From NCBI GenBank assembly GCA_002840435.1, contig PHAT01000005.1, forward strand, positions 484,460 to 548,459: a stretch of DNA of 64,000 nt, given 5' to 3'. How positions within the stretch are numbered: the stretch's first letter is position 1; each line of letters opens with the position of its first letter. The notes under the pieces were generated by a model. It searched no databases. It was not told the DNA's origin and saw nothing but the letters and a program-made list of their open reading frames with translations. The stretch is from Deltaproteobacteria bacterium HGW-Deltaproteobacteria-6 (GTDB taxonomy: Bacteria > Desulfobacterota > Syntrophia > Syntrophales > Smithellaceae). Both the position numbers and the translations under genes were made by a program. Positions 59,318 through 64,000 of the stretch are shown here, in pieces.

Positions 59318-59509
59318 TTGGAAGTAAAAGTCATTGATAACGATGTGGAGAAAGCGCTTAAGATTCTGAAAAACAAACTTTCGAAAAGCGGATTATTCAA
59401 GGAATTGAAAGTTCGCCGGGCCTATGAAAAGCCTTCCGTCAAAAAGAAGAGAAAAACCATTGAAGCACGCCGCAGACTGGCCAAGGTTCAGCGCCGTCGC
59501 AGCAATTAA
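59318..59509 (+). CDS. rpsU: 30S ribosomal protein S21
   Basis: …EKALKILKNKLSKSGLFKELKVRRAYEKPS.KKKRK… The TTG at 59318 is preceded by an AAGGAGG RBS; the ORF opens at 59222. Confidence 0.92.
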   Translation: MEVKVIDNDVEKALKILKNKLSKSGLFKELKVRRAYEKPSVKKKRKTIEARRRLAKVQRRRSN

Positions 59510-59679
59510 TTTTATCTGAAAAAAAAGATCAATAATCTTATTTCAGGGGCCGTTAAGAAATAATTGTTACATTTCCAGCCATTGTGTTACGGCCCCTTAT
59601 GCTGGCTATGATATTAAAATGTTGCATTATTATTGAATGACGGCTTACCGTTTTTGCTTGATGCAAGGAAACGAGCGGT

Positions 59680-60330
59680 ATGGAAAAGCAATATATTGTC
59701 GACGAATTATCCAAGGAAGAATCATGGCGGATTTTCCGCATCATGGCGGAATTTGTCGAATCCATTGAGATTCTTTCGAACGTCCATAATGCCGTGACGA
59801 TTTTTGGCTCTGCCCGCGTCAAACCCGGCGATAAGTATTATCAAATGGCGGAAAAGCTGGGACAGCTTCTGGCCCAGAATGGATTTGCCGTCATTACCGG
59901 CGGCGGCCCCGGCATCATGGAAGCGGGCAATAAAGGCGCTGCGGAAGCGGGTGGCCAATCCGTGGGAATGAATATCAAGCTGCCTTTTGAACAGAAGCCC
60001 AACCCTTACGCCAATATTCAACTGGATTATAAATATTTTTTCATTCGCAAAGTCATGTTTGTCAAATATGCGGTTGCTTATGTGATCATGCCGGGTGGCT
60101 ATGGGACGATGGACGAGTTTTTTGAAGCGCTGACGTTGATCCAGACCAAAAGAATGAAAAGTTTTCCCATCATTCTGATGGGCAGAGACTATTGGCAGGG
60201 TCTGCTGGACTGGCTGCAAAACAGCATGCAGCAAAATGGAATGATCCTGCCTTTTGATATCGAGATGATTCAAGTTATTGACGAACCTGAAGAAGTTGTG
60301 AAACATATCAAGAAATACGTCATCGTTTAA
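59680..60330 (+). CDS. LOG family (TIGR00730) nucleotide 5'-monophosphate nucleosidase-type protein
   Basis: FGSAR…ITGGGPGIMEA.NKGA…PGGYGTMDEFFE motifs. Confidence 0.85.
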   Translation: MEKQYIVDELSKEESWRIFRIMAEFVESIEILSNVHNAVTIFGSARVKPGDKYYQMAEKLGQLLAQNGFAVITGGGPGIMEAGNKGAAEAGGQSVGMNIKLPFEQKPNPYANIQLDYKYFFIRKVMFVKYAVAYVIMPGGYGTMDEFFEALTLIQTKRMKSFPIILMGRDYWQGLLDWLQNSMQQNGMILPFDIEMIQVIDEPEEVVKHIKKYVIV

Positions 60331-60363
60331 ACTCAACATGTTTCTCCTCCACGAGAGTCATAT

Positions 60364-61719
60364 ATGACCCTGGAAAAAACAATCATGGACTTAAAGAAGG
60401 GAAAAGTTGCGCCCTGTTATCTTTTGTATGGTGAAGAAGAGTATCTGATCAATGAAACGCTTCATCAAATACTGGACATCATCGTGCCCCAGTCCGATCG
60501 TGATTTCGGCCTTTTTTTTCTCGACGGCGAAAATGCCGATTTTGACATTCTGAAGGATCATCTCCTGGCACCCTCGCTTTTAGGCGGCAGAAAAGTGGTG
60601 GTGGTCAAAAACACGACGATTTTTCAATCGCGGGAAAACCTGGGCGATCTGATCCAGAAAATACGTGACAACCTTAATGAGCACCCCGATAAAGCCGCCA
60701 AATATTTTTTGACCTTTCTGAAGATATCCGGCTTTGCCTGGGAAGATATGCAGGGCTCCGGATGGCAGAAGATTACCGATGAACAATGGCGCAAAGCCGT
60801 CGAGGAAGATTCAGGCGACGACAGAAACAAGTGGCTGCCGCGCATCATCGAAATTTGTACCGGCCGGGGATGGGCATCCGGCAGTGTTGCCGATCCGTCC
60901 GAGCAATTTGAAGAACTGCTGGCACAGGGGCTTCCAACGGGCAATTGTTTGATAATGACCGCCGAGGCGGTTGATAAAAGAAAAAAAATATTCAAAGTAA
61001 TCGACAAAGCCGGTATTGCCTTGCACTTTGGTGAGATTAAGGGGGAAGCGGCAACCAGAGAAACGCTCAAGCTCGAAGCGCAGAAATTGCTGGACCGGTG
61101 CGGCAGGAAACTGACTCCCGCCGCCTGGATCGCCCTGGGGAAAAAAACGGGATTTCAGCTTCGTCCTTCATTGAACGAACTGCAGAAGCTCATTTCATTT
61201 GTTGGCGAGCGTGCCGTTATTGAGGAAAAGGACGTCGAGGCCGTTGTCGGCAAGACCAAAGAAGATTCCATTTTCGATTTGACGACGGCGCTGGCCGAAA
61301 AAAATGCGACAGCGGCGCTTTTGGCCCTCAAAGGCTTGCTGGATCAGGGCACGCATCATTTGATGATTCTGACGATGATCAGCCGTGAAATCCGTATGCT
61401 TTTGCAGGCGTCTGTGCTCGTTCGCTCGGGAAAACTGCCCAGAATCACACCAAGCATGGAGTACGGCTCCTTTCAGAAGAATGTTTATCCCGCTGTATTG
61501 GGGCTGGCGCCGGATGCATCCCGCAAGGAAGATCTGCTGGTCAATAAGCATCCCTTTGTCATTTACAACGCGCTCAAGCACTGCAGCCGGTTTTCCTATC
61601 CGGTTCTTTTGAATTACCTGGATGATTTGCTGAAGATGGACCGCGCGATGAAGTCTTCAGCCACGGATCCTCAGTTGCTGCTGGAGCGCTTCCTGATCAA
61701 GGCCTGCGTTAAGACGTAG
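60364..61719 (+). CDS. holA: DNA polymerase III delta subunit (unusually long, 451 aa)
   Basis: HolA-type N-terminus (…PCYLLYGEEEYL…) and a C-terminal HolA helical domain. Confidence 0.75.
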   Translation: MTLEKTIMDLKKGKVAPCYLLYGEEEYLINETLHQILDIIVPQSDRDFGLFFLDGENADFDILKDHLLAPSLLGGRKVVVVKNTTIFQSRENLGDLIQKIRDNLNEHPDKAAKYFLTFLKISGFAWEDMQGSGWQKITDEQWRKAVEEDSGDDRNKWLPRIIEICTGRGWASGSVADPSEQFEELLAQGLPTGNCLIMTAEAVDKRKKIFKVIDKAGIALHFGEIKGEAATRETLKLEAQKLLDRCGRKLTPAAWIALGKKTGFQLRPSLNELQKLISFVGERAVIEEKDVEAVVGKTKEDSIFDLTTALAEKNATAALLALKGLLDQGTHHLMILTMISREIRMLLQASVLVRSGKLPRITPSMEYGSFQKNVYPAVLGLAPDASRKEDLLVNKHPFVIYNALKHCSRFSYPVLLNYLDDLLKMDRAMKSSATDPQLLLERFLIKACVKT

Positions 61720-61830
61720 TTCAATAACAACTATAACGTTTTAACATCATAACCGGCATAAAGGGTCCAAACGAAATGAATAGAAATGTATCCTCTTGCC
61801 ACCCGCATGGATGGTTCTTTCTTAACGGCT

Positions 61831-62358
61831 CTAAAGCTTCCTGATTTTAGTCTGAGCCTGCCTTTGTGCGCGGGAAAGTTTGCGGGCGGGCCCTTTTTTG
61901 CGGGCAGAGCGGCTGTCTTCTTCCCCGTCTTCATCTTTCCGGCCGAAGAATTCGTTATCGGCCGGAGCTGCCAACAACTTATCAACAATCGTCTCAAATT
62001 CCAGGGATGACAGCGCGGCTTTGCCTCTGCGTGTTGCGTAAGAGGCCACTTCGCGATCGGAAGAAACCACCAAAATTTCCTCATCGGTAGAAGCGGCGAT
62101 TCTTTTCAAGACGTCATCGGCTTTAATGCCCCGGCCTGAGTAGATGATGTGAATGCCTGATGAATAATCGCGTTCTTCCTGGGCGGGACCACTCAGCCAG
62201 CCGTCAAAAACCACGGTAATGCGGTGGTCTTTTCTGTCCCGGTACCGGGCAAGCCAGGTGACCAGAGCATTGCGTCCCGCCTCAAGGCTTTGCCGCTCAA
62301 AGCGCCGCAAGGTGATCGACTGCCGGATCAGGTTATAACCGTCAATTAAAATATGCAT
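61831..62358 (-). CDS. NYN/PIN-like RNase domain protein (YacP/Rae1 family) with a basic C-terminal tail
   Basis: MHILIDGYNLI…VVFDG…SSDRE motifs. The ORF opens at the GTG 62373. Confidence 0.75.
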   Translation of the reverse strand: MHILIDGYNLIRQSITLRRFERQSLEAGRNALVTWLARYRDRKDHRITVVFDGWLSGPAQEERDYSSGIHIIYSGRGIKADDVLKRIAASTDEEILVVSSDREVASYATRRGKAALSSLEFETIVDKLLAAPADNEFFGRKDEDGEEDSRSARKKGPARKLSRAQRQAQTKIRKL

Positions 62359-62505
62359 GTCTGATTCTGGCACATTGACGCCTCGGGTTCAATAAAAAAG
62401 AGATCCGGTATTTTGCTTGACTTGACGGTTGCCAGTCTGTTACCATCCACGATGGCTTCAAGGCTGGAGCCGCCTGCTTGACAATAAATGAATTCGGAGG
62501 TTTGT

Positions 62506-63363
62506 ATGGAAATTAAAAAAGTATGCGTGTTGGGCGCGGGCTTGATGGGCAACGGCATCGCGCAGGTGTGCGCCGCGGCAGGCTTTGATGTCACGCTGCG
62601 GGATATTGAACAACGATTCATCGACAACGGCATGAACACGATCAAAAAGAACCTGAGCCGCGACGCCGAAAAAGGGAAGATCACCAAAGAACAGATGGAC
62701 GCCATTCTGGGACGGATCAAGCCGACGCTCGATGTAAAAGAAGCCGCGGCTGATGCGGATGTCGTCGTGGAAGTGGTCATCGAACTGATGGATCTGAAGA
62801 AGAAAGTCTATGCGGAACTGGAAGCGGTTGTTCCTTCGCACTGCCTGTTCTTCACCAACACTTCGGGCTTAAGCATCACGGAAATGGCGGCGATTACGAA
62901 AAGGCCGGATCGTTTTATCGGCACCCATTTTTTCAATCCCGTTCCGGTGATGCGCCTTTTGGAAGTCATTCGCGGCCAGCAGACTTCCGACGAGACGGTG
63001 GAGATTGCCAAAGCCTGGGGCAAGAAAATCGGCAAGGAAGTGGTGATGGTCAATGAAGCGCCGGCGTTTGTTGTCAACCGCATTTTGTGTTCCATGATCA
63101 ACGAAGCTTTTTTTGTGCTGGACGAAGGTCTGGCCACGGCTGCGGATATTGATAAAGCAATGCAGCTGGGCTGCAATCACCCCATCGGACCTTTGGCCCT
63201 GGGCGACCTGATCGGACTCGATACGCAACTGAGGATCTGCGAGGGCATGCACCGGGAGTTGGGCGATAAATACCGTCCGTCACCTCTTTTGAGAAAACTT
63301 GTTCGCGCCGGCAATCTGGGGCGTAAATCAGGACGCGGCGTCTACGACTATAGCAAGAAATAA
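62506..63363 (+). CDS. hbd: 3-hydroxybutyryl-/3-hydroxyacyl-CoA dehydrogenase
   Basis: [14 protein letters not shown] Rossmann motif, HFFNP and the C-terminal HPIGPL…D.IGLD. GGAGG RBS; the ORF opens at 62488. Confidence 0.9.
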   Translation: MEIKKVCVLGAGLMGNGIAQVCAAAGFDVTLRDIEQRFIDNGMNTIKKNLSRDAEKGKITKEQMDAILGRIKPTLDVKEAAADADVVVEVVIELMDLKKKVYAELEAVVPSHCLFFTNTSGLSITEMAAITKRPDRFIGTHFFNPVPVMRLLEVIRGQQTSDETVEIAKAWGKKIGKEVVMVNEAPAFVVNRILCSMINEAFFVLDEGLATAADIDKAMQLGCNHPIGPLALGDLIGLDTQLRICEGMHRELGDKYRPSPLLRKLVRAGNLGRKSGRGVYDYSKK

Positions 63364-63382
63364 TTGATTGTCAGGACATTTT

Positions 63383-63420
63383 ACGGCGGCCTTCATAACC
63401 CATAAGGCCGCCGTTTTTTA
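63383..63420. terminator. bidirectional rho-independent terminator between convergent hbd and rpe
   Basis: ACGGCGGCCTT-loop-AAGGCCGCCGT followed by TTTTTT. Confidence 0.8.
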
Positions 63421-63440
63421 TTGATGATGGCGGCAGGGTC

Positions 63441-64000
63441 TCAGGTTTTGTTGGCCGCGGCTTTCAGGGCAGCGATGGTTTGCGCGTAATCGGTTGTGCC
63501 GAAAACCGCCGCTCCCGCCACCAGCACATCCGCTCCCGCCTGGGCGATGGCGGAAATATTGGAAAGATTGACGCCTCCGTCCACTTCCAGCATCGGCTTT
63601 TGCGGCAGTTTCGCGATCATCTCACCGGCCCTCCTGATTTTGGACAGGGAGCTCTTGATGAATTGCTGCCCGCCGAATCCGGGGTTGACCGACATAATCA
63701 GGAGCAAGTCGATATCCGGAAGGATCTCTTCGATCTGACTGAGCGGTGTAGCCGGATTCAGAGAAACACCTGCCTTTTTTCCCGCCTTTTTGATGAGTTC
63801 AATGGTTCGATGAAGATGACGGGCTGCTTCCACGTGCACCGTAATATAATCGGCGCCTGCGGCGGCGAAGGATTCGATATAGCTGTCCGGATCATTGATC
63901 ATCAGGTGCACGTCAAAAGGCAGCCTGGTGGCTTTGCGCAAGGCGGAGATTATGGCAGGCCCCATCGTAATATTGGGGACAAAGTGTCCGTCCATAACGT
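63441..64000 (-). CDS. rpe: ribulose-phosphate 3-epimerase (N-terminus beyond the window edge)
   Basis: MDGHFVPNIT.G…DVHLM…SVNPGFGGQ.F motifs. The frame is open to the window end. Confidence 0.9.
   Translation of the reverse strand, partial: VMDGHFVPNITMGPAIISALRKATRLPFDVHLMINDPDSYIESFAAAGADYITVHVEAARHLHRTIELIKKAGKKAGVSLNPATPLSQIEEILPDIDLLLIMSVNPGFGGQQFIKSSLSKIRRAGEMIAKLPQKPMLEVDGGVNLSNISAIAQAGADVLVAGAAVFGTTDYAQTIAALKAAANKT

Overview
This is a 64-kb chromosomal window with about 60 protein genes and 2 tRNAs (Thr-CGT, Gly-CCC). I found no rRNA, no CRISPR array, and no recognisable transposase, integrase or phage gene. All functional calls come from reading the supplied translations for family motifs. 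No database search was possible, so family names are recognition-level calls.

Gene content suggests an anaerobic Gram-negative genome resembling Desulfobacterota (deltaproteobacteria); this is inference only. The relevant genes are a tungsten-type aldehyde:ferredoxin oxidoreductase, a polyferredoxin, a DUF39 homocysteine-synthesis protein, DUF503 inside the nusA-infB operon, beta-oxidation enzymes and pilMNOPQ.

Layout:
- 0-13 kb: purF 3' end, crotonase, aminotransferase, a tightly coupled GMC-oxidoreductase/polyferredoxin/AOR operon, a secreted six-EF-hand protein, a secreted Ntn (choloylglycine-type) hydrolase, and a thiolase plus long acyl-CoA dehydrogenase.
- 13-19 kb: rpsT, an exported MetX-like hydrolase coupled to a methyltransferase, an MCP, a membrane metallophosphoesterase, and tRNA-Thr.
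- 19.5-26.2 kb: an accessory, progressively AT-rich envelope-glycan cluster (ArnC-like GT2, WecD-like GNAT, WecE-like aminotransferase, methyltransferase, ArnT/PMT-like GT-C protein), followed by two tandem small secreted paralogs.
- 26.5-36 kb: RcnA-like metal exporter, NMO-family oxidoreductase, CheV, membrane-anchored orphan TAXI binding protein, MFS transporter, cupin, and a soluble 5-PAS hybrid histidine kinase.
- 36-48 kb: prfC, then the classical tRNA-rimP-nusA-infB-(DUF503)-rbfA-nrnA-truB-rpsO-pnp-dut housekeeping block.
- 48.5-64 kb: DUF39 protein, an AT-rich regulatory gap, XRE regulator, ftsB-like gene, pilMNOPQ plus TPR lipoprotein, pepP, gcvH plus lipoate ligase-like gene, rpsU, LOG-family gene, holA, NYN/YacP gene, hbd, and the rpe 3' part.

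The two best candidates for something not previously described are:
- the Arn-like, lipid-carrier-type glycosylation module apparently built on a dTDP-Fuc4N(Ac) pathway (19.5-25.1 kb);
- the translationally coupled GMC flavoenzyme-polyferredoxin-AOR operon driven by a perfect consensus promoter (2.8-7.3 kb).

Most of the rest is ordinary core genome.
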